From: a virus
Virus record (IMG/VR): IMGVR_UViG_3300034198_017889
Coordinates: 39,845-103,844 of that record
Length of the DNA stretch: 64,000 bases
Strand: one strand, 5' to 3'
How positions within the stretch are numbered: position 1 is the stretch's first letter; every line of letters starts with the position of its first letter. The notes beneath the pieces are model-generated. The model ran no database searches. It saw only the letters and a program-made list of their open reading frames with translations, and had not been told where the DNA came from. A program made the translations under genes and the position numbers. Of the stretch, positions 38,928 through 49,301 are shown one piece after another.

Positions 38928-39313
38928 GCCATTCAGTAAGTATAAAAACAAAGTTTAAGAATAAAAAGCTCCTATTGGAGACTTTTGAGAAATTAGATTG
39001 GAAGATAGTGGAAAACCAAAAGTGCACCACATATCCTAGCGATCCCAGCAGAAATGTAGTACATCAATATGTTGCGTTAAACCCAATCCCCCGTGGGTAT
39101 GACGTAGGTATTGATATCAATAGTGATGGAGAGGCCACATTCACATGTGACTTCTTTGACTCATCTATTGCTAAGCAGCTAGGTCAGAACCTAAAGAATG
39201 TTAAACAGAACTATTCATTATCAGAACTGAAGCAGTTCATGAATGAGGAAGACCTGAACTATGAGGTGGAAACGCTCAAGTCAGGAGAATTGAAAGTAAT
39301 CGCTAGTAAGTAA
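38924..39313 (+). CDS. DUF1257/Ycf35-like protein
   Basis: MSHxxxIKTK...L...L; YDVG; QxY; GxLKV. Confidence 0.75.
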   Translation: MSHSVSIKTKFKNKKLLLETFEKLDWKIVENQKCTTYPSDPSRNVVHQYVALNPIPRGYDVGIDINSDGEATFTCDFFDSSIAKQLGQNLKNVKQNYSLSELKQFMNEEDLNYEVETLKSGELKVIASK

Positions 39314-39341
39314 CAAACCAATCAAAGAATACACAAAATAT

Positions 39342-39611
39342 ATGACGACATTTGCTAAAGACTTCGGTGCAATCAAATCCCGTGTGGTTAAGTCTCTGTA
39401 TGAGACACTACATCGGGACTGTAACCCACCACCAGACGACCTTATCATATTCTCAGATTCGGTTAAGGCTGATAAAGATAAGGACGGTTGGGCGACGGCG
39501 CAGGTCATCTACGTTATGTATATGCCTAGCAAGAAGACCCACTCAGTAAACATTCGCTTCCAATACGATAATTTTGGTAGGTTCATCCTTAGCTCCATGG
39601 AGTATGTCTAA
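39342..39611 (+). CDS. Hypothetical protein
   Basis: ORF in operon. Confidence 0.6.
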   Translation: MTTFAKDFGAIKSRVVKSLYETLHRDCNPPPDDLIIFSDSVKADKDKDGWATAQVIYVMYMPSKKTHSVNIRFQYDNFGRFILSSMEYV

Positions 39612-39801
39612 GAACATAACATTCATAATTGATAAAGACGGTAATGTAAAGGTGGATAAGGTTGAGGGATATGGATCCGGATGCCTTGAGGCTACAAAGC
39701 TTATAGAGGAACGCCTAGGTGGGGCGGAGGAATCTACCCGTAATCTCACTGAAGAATATAACGAGCCCATCGAGAATGGTGGGAACGAGATAGAGATCTA
39801 G
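39604..39801 (+). CDS. DUF2997-like protein
   Basis: IxFxIDKDGNV..VEGYGSGCLEATKxIEExLG...TEEY. Confidence 0.8.
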   Translation: MSKNITFIIDKDGNVKVDKVEGYGSGCLEATKLIEERLGGAEESTRNLTEEYNEPIENGGNEIEI

Positions 39802-39805
39802 AGAT

Positions 39806-40078
39806 ATGCACAGCGTTATCTATATAGACTCTGAGGGTAACATCTCAGGTCTATCAGACAACCTATTTGACAAGCTGGCTGCCCTCGGAGAGAGGGCAGT
39901 TCAGCGGGTGTCGAATATAGAATTCAACCACGAACTTCAGTTGTGGGAAGCCGTTGACCTGGAAGGAAATATAATAGGTACAGACAAATCCAGGTCTAAA
40001 CTAATAGAAATCGAGAGGGAGTACCTCAACAACAAAATTGAAAAGGGTTATGCAGAGAATAAAAACCTGCTTTATTAA
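39806..40078 (+). CDS. Hypothetical protein associated with Ycf46 modules
   Basis: LG...QRVSNIEF...W...RSxxIxxExEYL. Confidence 0.6.
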   Translation: MHSVIYIDSEGNISGLSDNLFDKLAALGERAVQRVSNIEFNHELQLWEAVDLEGNIIGTDKSRSKLIEIEREYLNNKIEKGYAENKNLLY

Positions 40079-40439
40079 AAAGGAAGAGATATTCAAGGGT
40101 AACGTGACAAAAGTAATGGCTATTGAGTTGGTTAGGAATAACCATGACATGTACTATGTATTTGAAAATTTAGTAGATCATTTGACTAAAAAATACAGCA
40201 AATCAGAAGTAGCCAAGGTATGGATGGACTACGAAATGGCTATTACTATGTATGATATATCTGTAGATAGCTGTGCCACTTTTGGTTGGGAGCTAGCTAA
40301 AGACGGAGAACAAATCACAGGGCTGTCTCATCTGCTTGACTATACTGAGGAGTATGTTGATAGTCAGGTTGTGGGAGAATCCAAGCCAAATCCGGCGGGA
40401 TACATATTCACAGAACAATACAGGAGAATGGAAGTATGA
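40050..40439 (+). CDS. Hypothetical protein
   Basis: ORF; ATG 40050. Confidence 0.6.
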   Translation: MQRIKTCFIKKEEIFKGNVTKVMAIELVRNNHDMYYVFENLVDHLTKKYSKSEVAKVWMDYEMAITMYDISVDSCATFGWELAKDGEQITGLSHLLDYTEEYVDSQVVGESKPNPAGYIFTEQYRRMEV

Positions 40440-41530
40440 AATTTATCGCAATATCAGACCAGCACCTAGGGAGTAAACTCTACAACTTTCCTGAACTGGA
40501 GAATGACTGTAGGGAGTTATTAGCTATGGCTGTTGATAAAGCCATAGAGCTGGGAGTTGATTATTTGGTTAGCGTGGGTGACTTGTTTGATAACAACAAA
40601 CCAACATCCGAGACAATCGACTTCGTGGCAAGTCAGTTAAGGAAGCTAAGGGCAGCTGGTGTATCCCCCGTAGCGATCGCAGGAGATCACAGCAAGCCTC
40701 TTGATGGTGTAACTTGGGAAAAGATAGCAGGATTCGATCCAATCAACGTAGAGGGCGAATTTGTGGGGGTTGACTATAATGATAATCCTCAGCATGTTAT
40801 TGAAACATTAAATGCAGAACTAAATTGCAGACCAAATAACTCAGTTAAGTTTATATTCTTACACCAGCAAATCCCTGAGCTGTGGCCATTCTGTGACGAG
40901 AAGAAGAAAGTATCCATCAAAGATATAGACTTTTCTAATCATTGTAATTCGCTTCAGGGTATTTTCTTAGGGGATATTCACAAGAGGATGGAATTATGGT
41001 ACCACGACCCCGTTTGTAACCGTAAGATATTCATAGGCTACTGTGGAAGTCTCGGCGTTACAGCTGCAGATGAAACAAACAAGCCCGGGATGTACTACTG
41101 GAACAATGAGGAATTGGCCACAATACCTTATAAGCTACCTAGAGAGTTCGTAACTATTGATCTGGACAAGAGTAATATAGACACAATATCCCCAACGGAC
41201 TACGAGAAGTACAAGGAATCACAGAAGCGCACGGTATTTCTTTGTAAGTACTCAACAGAAGTATCAGGGGAGTTAAACAAGCTAGACTTCCTCTACCAGT
41301 GTGGAATAGTTAAGTTCACCAGAGTAAAACTGGATAAAGATAGTAGGGAAGAACATGTAAATATCAGATCGGAGCTTAAAACCGCCGATAGAATATCCGC
41401 AGTTCTTCATAGTATGATTAACGGTAAGGAGGACTCAGAGGTGATATATAATGCAGCCTCAAAGTTACTTACCGAGGAAGACATCACGAAAGTATTAGAC
41501 GACCTCAAAACTAGTGTCTATGGTTCATAG
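40436..41530 (+). CDS. sbcD: SbcD/Mre11-like nuclease
   Basis: SDQHLG, GDLFD, AGDHS, LHQ, LGDIH, YCGS motifs. Confidence 0.9.
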   Translation: MKFIAISDQHLGSKLYNFPELENDCRELLAMAVDKAIELGVDYLVSVGDLFDNNKPTSETIDFVASQLRKLRAAGVSPVAIAGDHSKPLDGVTWEKIAGFDPINVEGEFVGVDYNDNPQHVIETLNAELNCRPNNSVKFIFLHQQIPELWPFCDEKKKVSIKDIDFSNHCNSLQGIFLGDIHKRMELWYHDPVCNRKIFIGYCGSLGVTAADETNKPGMYYWNNEELATIPYKLPREFVTIDLDKSNIDTISPTDYEKYKESQKRTVFLCKYSTEVSGELNKLDFLYQCGIVKFTRVKLDKDSREEHVNIRSELKTADRISAVLHSMINGKEDSEVIYNAASKLLTEEDITKVLDDLKTSVYGS

Positions 41531-41550
41531 GCACACAACAAAAACAAAAA

Positions 41551-41898
41551 ATGAAAAGCATATATAAAACCGTAGAACCAACTAACGAAGTATGTATCAA
41601 GTTCTCTGATGATGAAATGGCTGAACTGGGTTGGGAGCCCGGACAAAAACTGTCTTGGACTCCTATGGACGATGGCTCTTTTAAGTTGGAGAAGTTTGTG
41701 GAACTTGAACTGGACTTGGAGGAGTTCCCATTAGAATTAATCTACGACCTGATTAAAACCTCCTGCGAAACTGATAAGAGTGTTAATACCCTTCTGATAG
41801 AGCGCTTGGAGACTAGTGTTGCCTACCTTGAGGCTAAGGAAATGCAGGAAGCTAATCAAAAGGTAGCCACCGCTAAAAAAGTTAAAACCAAAAAATGA
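41551..41898 (+). CDS. AbrB/MazE-like DNA-binding protein
   Basis: IKFSDDEMAELGWEPGQKLSW...DGSF. Confidence 0.6.
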   Translation: MKSIYKTVEPTNEVCIKFSDDEMAELGWEPGQKLSWTPMDDGSFKLEKFVELELDLEEFPLELIYDLIKTSCETDKSVNTLLIERLETSVAYLEAKEMQEANQKVATAKKVKTKK

Positions 41899-42425
41899 GA
41901 GAGGAACTAGAACTCAAGTTAGTAGAAAACTATCCTGATTTCTTCAGAGGTAGGAACGAACCACTCACCCAAAACCTCATGGCCTTTGGCTGTGAGTGTG
42001 GTGATGGGTGGTACGATCTAGTGGATACGTTCTGTAAGCTTGCGAAAAACAAGTTGAACCGTCCCAGGTATATAACACTTAAAGACGAGCTCCAATCCGA
42101 TGATGTAAAATGTGAGCCATATATCGCTCCAGACTTAAAGTTTGTACAAATAAAGGAGAAGTTTGGAACTATCAGACTATATTTTGATCTCACTCAACCT
42201 GACGGAGAAAACAAAGATAGACTTGTTGAGGCAGACATAGATAAGAGATTTGATGAAATATGGACCACTATACACGCCTATGAAAATTACACAGACTATC
42301 TATCCGGTAGAACCTGTGAAACGTGTGGTAAAGCTGGAAAGATGTACACAGGTGGGTGGTATGTAACCCTGTGCACTGATCACGCTAAAGAACGAGGCAG
42401 ATTAGACGACACAGAACTAACATAA
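41895..42425 (+). CDS. Conserved phage protein (QIKEKFG family)
   Basis: CGDGW, QIKEKFGTIRLY, CETCG...GW..TLC. Confidence 0.8.
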   Translation: MREELELKLVENYPDFFRGRNEPLTQNLMAFGCECGDGWYDLVDTFCKLAKNKLNRPRYITLKDELQSDDVKCEPYIAPDLKFVQIKEKFGTIRLYFDLTQPDGENKDRLVEADIDKRFDEIWTTIHAYENYTDYLSGRTCETCGKAGKMYTGGWYVTLCTDHAKERGRLDDTELT

Positions 42426-44482
42426 TGGAGTTAATTAAACTAAATCTAAAAAACTTTAGAACACATCGTAAGCTAGAGCTAAACTTCCAGGATGGGATTA
42501 CTGGTATCGTTGGAGACAACGGTACTGGTAAGTCTAGCATCGTGGAGGCTATTATATTCTTATTCACCGGCGAGGGGTACGGCCCAAAGGCTGATATGCT
42601 ATCTGTGGGTGAAGAGAGTGGATATGTTATAGGTAACCTGAAGGTGGATGGAAAGGAAGCTGTCTTGGAGCGTCACCTAGACACAAGCAAGGTAGCATTC
42701 AAATACGACGGAGTTACTTATAAGAAATCAGGCGAAGTAGCAGAGATCTGGGAAAAGTTATTTCAGATAGATAAGAATATCTTTAAAAATATCGTGGTAG
42801 CAAAGCAAGGAGACATTGCTCTGCTTTTCTCTGGAGACACCAGCACAAAGGAGAAGATATTTCAGAAGATATTCTTAGTCCCGAATACCACCAAAATTCG
42901 TGATGCCATCTGGAACAAATACATCAAGACTGCTCCTCCTGAGTATCCACCCCTGGATGAAGTTAAGATCAACCTGGATATTGCGGAAGGAAAGATAGCT
43001 ATAGAGGGTTTCAAGGCAGAGTTATCAGAACTCCCAACAGGATTATCTGATGACTACGCTAAACTACTCTCTCGCATGAACTATCTGGATGGCTGCAAAA
43101 AATCAGCCCTACAGAGAGAATCCATAAACCTGGCGGTATCATCTGCATTAGATAAGAAAAACAACTTAGAGGCGGAGATTGAAAAGATCACAACCAAACT
43201 AAGCTCTGTGAACATAGTTCAAATCAGTGAGTCGTTAGAGCAGCTGAAGGCTAATAAGCCACTCTATGACAAGAAGCAGAAGCTAGAAACTGAGCTGGTG
43301 GGTTTAGAGAATACAAAGCCTCAGGAATTAACTCCTGAAGATATCTCAGCATTAACCACCGCACAGGAGATTAAAGCCGAAGCAAAGGCTGAGCTTGATC
43401 TAGCGCAGAAGGAGCATGACGAAATAACCAAGACAATAGCTGACTACACAGAGAAAGGACTTGTTAAGGCTAGTAATTGTCCATACTGCGGGTCTCAACT
43501 TCAGGATATTAATAGTTATATATCTCACCTTGAATCTAAAATTCCAGCGTTAAAGCTGCTGGTTGAACAAGCCAAGGAGAAGCTGGGATCCTCTTGCCGG
43601 ATAGAGGATAGCCTGAATAGCCAGAAATCTAAGTATCAATTATGGGAACAGGGATTCCGTAGTGTATCCTCGGCCCTGGCTCCACTTGAGGAAGTAACCT
43701 TCGATCAGAGTGATTATGAAGTTTATACCGCTGTGGTAGCCCAGTACAAGGAACTAGAATTAGAAAAGGCGGGTTACTTGAAGGAAGTTGCTCTTATAGA
43801 TAATAACGTGATGAGCTCTAAGCTATCCCTGTCTACCCTACCTAATTATGATTTCGCTAAAATATCAATAGATACTGAGGTGGAGGAAATAACAAAAGGT
43901 ATCTCAGAAATACGAAGCAACGAGGAGAAACTCAGAAAACTGGAACTTAATATCTCCATGACTGAGAATATGCTAAAACTTCGTGATGAAGAGCTAAAAA
44001 GGGCGGAGGATGTCAAGGATCAGAACAAGCGAAGAAATAGATATGTTGGAGTTCTAACCGAGCTATACGACATACTGAGCACATCCCAGTTCCCTAGACG
44101 ACTGATTCAGACCTACAGTGCCACAGTATCAGAATACTTAACCGATAACCTTCGTCAATTCAACTTCCCGTACAGGGCAGAAGTAAACGATAACTTTGGG
44201 ATTGATGTATATGATATTCAGAACCGTAAGCTTCCATCAGTATCAGGAGGACAAGAGATTATGATAGGAATGGCCTTAAGACTTGCCCTACACAGCATGT
44301 TCGGAGAAGCTTTCCCTATGATGATTTTTGATGAGGGATCAGTTCACTTATCACAAGAATCGAAAAAGAGTTATTTCGAGATAATCAGAAACATGAAAAC
44401 AATCAGTAAATTCAAACAGGTGATTATTATTGATCACGATGAGGACTTAACTGGCGTAGTAGACAACACAATAAAACTATGA
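42425..44482 (+). CDS. sbcC: SbcC/Rad50-like ATPase
   Basis: GDNGTGKSS, Q-loop KQG, CPYC zinc hook, VSGGQ signature, FDEG, DH. Confidence 0.92.
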   Translation: MELIKLNLKNFRTHRKLELNFQDGITGIVGDNGTGKSSIVEAIIFLFTGEGYGPKADMLSVGEESGYVIGNLKVDGKEAVLERHLDTSKVAFKYDGVTYKKSGEVAEIWEKLFQIDKNIFKNIVVAKQGDIALLFSGDTSTKEKIFQKIFLVPNTTKIRDAIWNKYIKTAPPEYPPLDEVKINLDIAEGKIAIEGFKAELSELPTGLSDDYAKLLSRMNYLDGCKKSALQRESINLAVSSALDKKNNLEAEIEKITTKLSSVNIVQISESLEQLKANKPLYDKKQKLETELVGLENTKPQELTPEDISALTTAQEIKAEAKAELDLAQKEHDEITKTIADYTEKGLVKASNCPYCGSQLQDINSYISHLESKIPALKLLVEQAKEKLGSSCRIEDSLNSQKSKYQLWEQGFRSVSSALAPLEEVTFDQSDYEVYTAVVAQYKELELEKAGYLKEVALIDNNVMSSKLSLSTLPNYDFAKISIDTEVEEITKGISEIRSNEEKLRKLELNISMTENMLKLRDEELKRAEDVKDQNKRRNRYVGVLTELYDILSTSQFPRRLIQTYSATVSEYLTDNLRQFNFPYRAEVNDNFGIDVYDIQNRKLPSVSGGQEIMIGMALRLALHSMFGEAFPMMIFDEGSVHLSQESKKSYFEIIRNMKTISKFKQVIIIDHDEDLTGVVDNTIKL

Positions 44483-44721
44483 ACGACACACAAAACGCAT
44501 TTATAAAAAACGTAGCAAAGCTAATCATGACCTCGGCAAGTATTGCCTCAGCATGGTATGACAAAGACCGTGATGTACTATTGAATGACATCACCAAGGA
44601 TACCACCACAAGAGCATTAGGCTCCAAGACAGCAACATCTAGCAACGCTAGCCGTAACAGAAACCGTAACAGAAACCGTAATCGTGCACGAAAAGGAACT
44701 ACGAATACTCAGGGGGTATAG
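44479..44721 (+). CDS. Hypothetical protein with (RN)n tail
   Basis: ATGA overlap; RNRNRNRNRNR. Confidence 0.55.
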   Translation: MNDTQNAFIKNVAKLIMTSASIASAWYDKDRDVLLNDITKDTTTRALGSKTATSSNASRNRNRNRNRNRARKGTTNTQGV

Positions 44722-44878
44722 TCTATCTCCATTGTGGAGACTAGTTATGACTCTGGCTATCTTCTTTTCGATAGCCTCGGGTCCTCCGTGGAGTAACTTT
44801 GTATTAGGGGCATTAGGAGGATTACTCCTGTATCCTGTTGTAGAGCATTTAGTCAGATTACTTCTAGAGGAAGAATAA
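44684..44878 (+). CDS. Small two-helix membrane protein
   Basis: Two hydrophobic segments; start uncertain. Confidence 0.5.
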   Translation: MHEKELRILRGYSLSPLWRLVMTLAIFFSIASGPPWSNFVLGALGGLLLYPVVEHLVRLLLEEE

Positions 44879-44880
44879 AT

Positions 44881-46350
44881 ATGCATATAGAAATCACTAG
44901 ATTCGATGGCGGACTCAGATTCAAACCAGTACCTCCATACTTAACCAAGTATCTCAAGTATCATCACAGAGAGATGCAAACGGTGCAGTATAGGAGGGAG
45001 TGTGTGTTTGTTGAGAAACTACTCTATTCTCTTGATTCTGATGGATATGCGTTCACCCTTCCAGGGTTCTTTAATCATTTGACTATGTTGGTTCACAAGA
45101 ACCACGATACATATAATGTTGAAGATCTCCGTACACCCCTACCACCCATAGACTGGGATAGGATAAAGCAATTTAACCTAAGGGACTATCAGATACCACT
45201 CGTAGCAGACCTAATATTAAAGGGAGTGGCTGATAGTGGTGTTATTAACGCAGCTGGTGGAATTGGTAAAACACACATAGCTGCAGTTACTTACGCGGCA
45301 TGGAATAACTTGAATACAATTCTGGCTATTCCATTAAAGGAGGTTGTATCGCAGACCTACAGAAAGTTCAAAGAGTTCTTTCCTGAGAAGCACATAGGAC
45401 TCATGGGTGACGGGTCACACGACATTAGTAATGATATCACGATAACCACATTCAAAAGCTTGAAGAACTGTTCACTTGAAAAGTGTCAGCTTCTACTTGT
45501 TGATGAAATGCAATCCGCCGGAAGCCCCACCTTTCAGAACTGCATGAATCAGCTTCGTCCTATAAGGATGTTTGGATTCAGCGCAACTACTGATGGGTTG
45601 TTTAATAACAGTGATAAGCTTCTTGTTGGGTTGTTTGGTGAGGACTTGATATACTTCCCATATACTGATGCCGAGGAATCCGGAGCTGTGGTACCTGGAG
45701 TTGTTTATATGATAAACATGCCCAAGGACTTCAAAATGAAAGATTACGGATCAATAGAGAGTAAGTTTAAGTATGGTATTAAGTCATGCGAAACTAGACA
45801 CGAATTAATAGGAGAAGTATGCCGCAACATCCCTGAGGATTGGCAAACCATCCTATTCGTGGACCATGTTAAAGATCATCTTATACCACTGTATAAATAT
45901 CTTCCTCCAGGAGCTAAATACCTTCACAGGGAATCCAGTAAAAAATCTGTTGGAACGTTTGCATTAACAAACAAACAACAGAAAAATACAGCGGCTGAAT
46001 TCGCTAATAACGAGTTTAAGACGCTCATAGCTACTGATGCCTTTCGTGCTGGTGTTGATATCCCGAATTGTAGGGTGGTTATACAGGGAGCAGGCGGTTC
46101 ATCCAAGGTTGAAGTTCTCCAAGAAGCATTACGAGGTAGTAGAATATTACCGGATGAACAGCGAGAGAAGTTTGGACTCACGGAAAAGACACACTTCATT
46201 CTAGTAGACTTCATGGATAACCATGACGAGGTTCTTATGAACATGGCCAAGAAAAGAATTGGCTACTACCAGGAACAGGGTTGGGAGGTACACACCGTGG
46301 ATCTAGTGGAGCATATAGACTGGCACCAAACAAATAAGAAGAAACTATGA
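44881..46350 (+). CDS. SF2 DNA helicase (UvsW/XPB-like)
   Basis: LRDYQ, GGIGKT, VDEMQ, SAT, GVDIP, RGSR. Confidence 0.9.
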   Translation: MHIEITRFDGGLRFKPVPPYLTKYLKYHHREMQTVQYRRECVFVEKLLYSLDSDGYAFTLPGFFNHLTMLVHKNHDTYNVEDLRTPLPPIDWDRIKQFNLRDYQIPLVADLILKGVADSGVINAAGGIGKTHIAAVTYAAWNNLNTILAIPLKEVVSQTYRKFKEFFPEKHIGLMGDGSHDISNDITITTFKSLKNCSLEKCQLLLVDEMQSAGSPTFQNCMNQLRPIRMFGFSATTDGLFNNSDKLLVGLFGEDLIYFPYTDAEESGAVVPGVVYMINMPKDFKMKDYGSIESKFKYGIKSCETRHELIGEVCRNIPEDWQTILFVDHVKDHLIPLYKYLPPGAKYLHRESSKKSVGTFALTNKQQKNTAAEFANNEFKTLIATDAFRAGVDIPNCRVVIQGAGGSSKVEVLQEALRGSRILPDEQREKFGLTEKTHFILVDFMDNHDEVLMNMAKKRIGYYQEQGWEVHTVDLVEHIDWHQTNKKKL

Positions 46351-46358
46351 AATAGTAT

Positions 46359-46387
46359 TTGACGAGTTGGGTGTGGTGGCGTAATTT
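46359..46387 (+). promoter_or_regulatory. Sigma70-like promoter within an inverted repeat
   Basis: TTGACG-N17-TAATTT; GGGTGTGGTGG/CCATCACACCC arms flank the -10. Confidence 0.5.
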
Positions 46388-46419
46388 CCATCACACCCAC
46401 CACTCAAACCACACACCTG

Positions 46420-47337
46420 ATGGCAAACAACAAAGTATTAAAAATATTAAGAGACAAATTCGGTAAGGCAAAAGCAGCAAGTGGAGGAAACTACAGAGTC
46501 AGTTGTCCCACTTGTGAAGCCAAAGACAGTAAAAAGATGAAGCGCTACATATCGCCTGATTGGCCTATGAGCAACTGCTTCATATGTGGAAAGCTCCTTA
46601 AAGTAAACGAGATACTATCCACAAGCAATTTTGAATTTCAGTCAGCTGTGAGTGACGGTCCCACAAACGAAGATGAATATCCTCATGCTAAGATTCCACC
46701 TTTCAAGAAGATTGAGATGCTTCAGAACTTACCTGAGCCACATCCAGCTATACAGTTCCTAAAGAAGGATTATTTGGAAAATTTTGATTACTACTCCTCC
46801 CTGGATGTGGGATTTATTCCATTGGACGGAGGCAGTAACATATCATTCGATTCAGGCTTTACTATAAACACAGGAGACAGCTTATACTTCCCTGTGCATC
46901 ATGGTGGAGAGCTTGTGGGTTGGCAGCTCAGGTTCGTTCCTGGGACTGTTAATGGAGATCGACTACAGTACATGAGATATCTTCACTTATTTCCAAAAGG
47001 TAACTACTTGTTCAACTATGACATGGCCAAGAAATATGGTCATGTGATTGTGGTAGAGGGGGCAAAGAAAGCCCTCAAATCCGTGAACTCTGTAGCCACA
47101 CTAGGTAAGGGAATATCCTCCACACAGAAGCAGCTAATCCAGGAATGGAAGAAGATCACACTGATTCTAGACGGAGAAGATAACACACAGGAACAAGCTA
47201 GAGAGCTAGCTGAAGAATTCAACTTTAATGGTAGGCATTGCATAAACATAGACCCCAGAGAATACGGCTTCCAATCCCCTGATGAAGCCACATCTGAACA
47301 ACTAAAAAATATCGTAACAAAGCTATGGACGAGATAA
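46420..47337 (+). CDS. DNA primase (Zn finger + TOPRIM)
   Basis: CPTC...CFICG; VGWQLR; VVEG; ATLG; LDGED. Confidence 0.85.
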   Translation: MANNKVLKILRDKFGKAKAASGGNYRVSCPTCEAKDSKKMKRYISPDWPMSNCFICGKLLKVNEILSTSNFEFQSAVSDGPTNEDEYPHAKIPPFKKIEMLQNLPEPHPAIQFLKKDYLENFDYYSSLDVGFIPLDGGSNISFDSGFTINTGDSLYFPVHHGGELVGWQLRFVPGTVNGDRLQYMRYLHLFPKGNYLFNYDMAKKYGHVIVVEGAKKALKSVNSVATLGKGISSTQKQLIQEWKKITLILDGEDNTQEQARELAEEFNFNGRHCINIDPREYGFQSPDEATSEQLKNIVTKLWTR

Positions 47338-47852
47338 CCGACATCAAAGAAAGACTAATAGAGCAATACACCCACTATCGTAGCGTGGTGCAGCCAAACT
47401 ATAATTATCATACATCTATTGCCTTTGAGAAGGCATTCACAAAAGCAGCTCAGTTTTGCATGGAGAAAGGAATATCGCCGGAGCAATACACGGTGGCTAT
47501 ATGGGAGGGGCTTGGAGATAGGAAGGATAACTTCTACCCTAGCTTCTATGGTTCTGCTAATGGAAACAATTTAGCAGAGGCATACAAGGCACAAGCCACC
47601 ATATCACCTGAAATTCAACTAGACTATCAGAAGCAAATATTGAGGAGACACGTAATGGAACTAAAGAAAGATCCTGCTGAGGTACTTATGAACCCAAGGA
47701 TCAAGTTTTACGCCTGGTTCAGGATTTTGGCTACCAAGCTACCTAATCAGGAAATCATAAGAACTTATATTAAACCGGCCAAGGCTGAGATGACTAGGGA
47801 GTTAGCTCAGTTCCTCAAAACTAACGGCCTAGATGTGGATAGAATATTATGA
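47325..47852 (+). CDS. Hypothetical protein between primase and helicase
   Basis: Overlapping ORF. Confidence 0.7.
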   Translation: MDEITDIKERLIEQYTHYRSVVQPNYNYHTSIAFEKAFTKAAQFCMEKGISPEQYTVAIWEGLGDRKDNFYPSFYGSANGNNLAEAYKAQATISPEIQLDYQKQILRRHVMELKKDPAEVLMNPRIKFYAWFRILATKLPNQEIIRTYIKPAKAEMTRELAQFLKTNGLDVDRIL

Positions 47853-49297
47853 AAAATAGTTTATACGAAGATTCGGATTTTATTGAGTTAGCTATCAAGT
47901 ATATCGTGAGGGATCCTCAGGTATTCAAGATGGCCAAGAACTTGAAGATGACACCTGATGATGTAGGAGGTGTTGATATCTATAGGGCTTTCATTACGAT
48001 TGTCTTTGATATCGGCGCATCCCCCATCGATCAGAAGTTGTTCCTTATGAAGATCAAGCAGGGCTATGATTCAGGTTTACTGAGTCGTGGTCAAGAGAGT
48101 CAGATCATTGAGTTCTTCTCATGGATTTATGATGAAGAATTATCAAACAAAGAATATATCCTTGAGCATCTACCCAAGATGTTAAAGCACCGCAGATTCG
48201 GGGCTATTCTCAGAGTAGATGAGAAGGATGTGGATAGTATAACAGCGGCCCTAAATTCTCTGGCATTTGAATTTAAAGATGATGCCACAGAACAAAAAGA
48301 GTCTACTGCGTCACCATTCGCGGCTCCTGTTTTTAAGGAGCAAAGAGAGGTGTTTGGAACCGGTTTCCCTGCTATCGACGAGATCATAGGAGGAATAGGT
48401 ATACAGGAGTATGGTATGATTCTTGGATATTCTGGCTCTGGTAAAACCGCAATGGCTTGCCATTCAGCACTTCAAAACGTAATCACAGGAGGATGGCCTG
48501 TACTCTATCTTACCCTTGAGGAATCTAGAGCAGATATCATCAACCGTTTCTATGCTAATTATTTCTCATTGAGCTATTCAGGACTTCACAGAGGTCTTCC
48601 ATTAGCCAAATCAGAGTTAAAGAGTGCTTTTAGTAATATGACTGCGGAAGACATCAATACCTTAAAGAACCTTAGAGTTCAAAGCTTGAGTCATCTCCGT
48701 ACTGTTGATGGTGGAATAACAAAAGAAACAGTTATCCAGTATCTAGAGGAACTAGCGGCCGGTATAAATGGAGAAGCGCCATTCATTCCTAAGCTGGTGT
48801 ATATTGACCAGCTAGACTATATGAGAACTGAGAAGGAAGCTGATTCAGCCTGGGAGAACTACTCTAACCGTTCATTCAGCGTGGACGAGTTATCAGAGTA
48901 TTTAATCAAGGGAGAGCATAAATTCTCTGTGTGGCTACTCCATCAAGCTGGTGGAAAGATGAAGCGCAATTTCTCTAATGCTGATGTCACAGGATTCAAG
49001 GGAGTAATCAAGCCCTGCGATCTTGTTATAGGTATAGGTAAGGAGAACCCCTCTGACAGTGAGGTAACCATATTCTCCCTCAAGTCTAGACACACCAAGA
49101 ACTTCTCGGTGGATCATAGAACTGACCTGGAGTTTATGCGCTTTGATACATTGGATAAAGGCGGAATTGCTAGAATTGAAACTGAAAAACACTTGATCCC
49201 TCAGGAAGGTATCAGAGTAAAGACTAAGTATAATAACATCCCTAACAAACAACCACTACAAGATATGCTACCATCTGCGGGCGGTAAATTTATATAA
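47849..49297 (+). CDS. DnaB-like replicative helicase
   Basis: TGFPAID, GYSGSGKT, YLTLEE, YIDQLDYM, HQ, KSR. Confidence 0.88.
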   Translation: MKNSLYEDSDFIELAIKYIVRDPQVFKMAKNLKMTPDDVGGVDIYRAFITIVFDIGASPIDQKLFLMKIKQGYDSGLLSRGQESQIIEFFSWIYDEELSNKEYILEHLPKMLKHRRFGAILRVDEKDVDSITAALNSLAFEFKDDATEQKESTASPFAAPVFKEQREVFGTGFPAIDEIIGGIGIQEYGMILGYSGSGKTAMACHSALQNVITGGWPVLYLTLEESRADIINRFYANYFSLSYSGLHRGLPLAKSELKSAFSNMTAEDINTLKNLRVQSLSHLRTVDGGITKETVIQYLEELAAGINGEAPFIPKLVYIDQLDYMRTEKEADSAWENYSNRSFSVDELSEYLIKGEHKFSVWLLHQAGGKMKRNFSNADVTGFKGVIKPCDLVIGIGKENPSDSEVTIFSLKSRHTKNFSVDHRTDLEFMRFDTLDKGGIARIETEKHLIPQEGIRVKTKYNNIPNKQPLQDMLPSAGGKFI

Positions 49298-49301
49298 TAA
49301 T

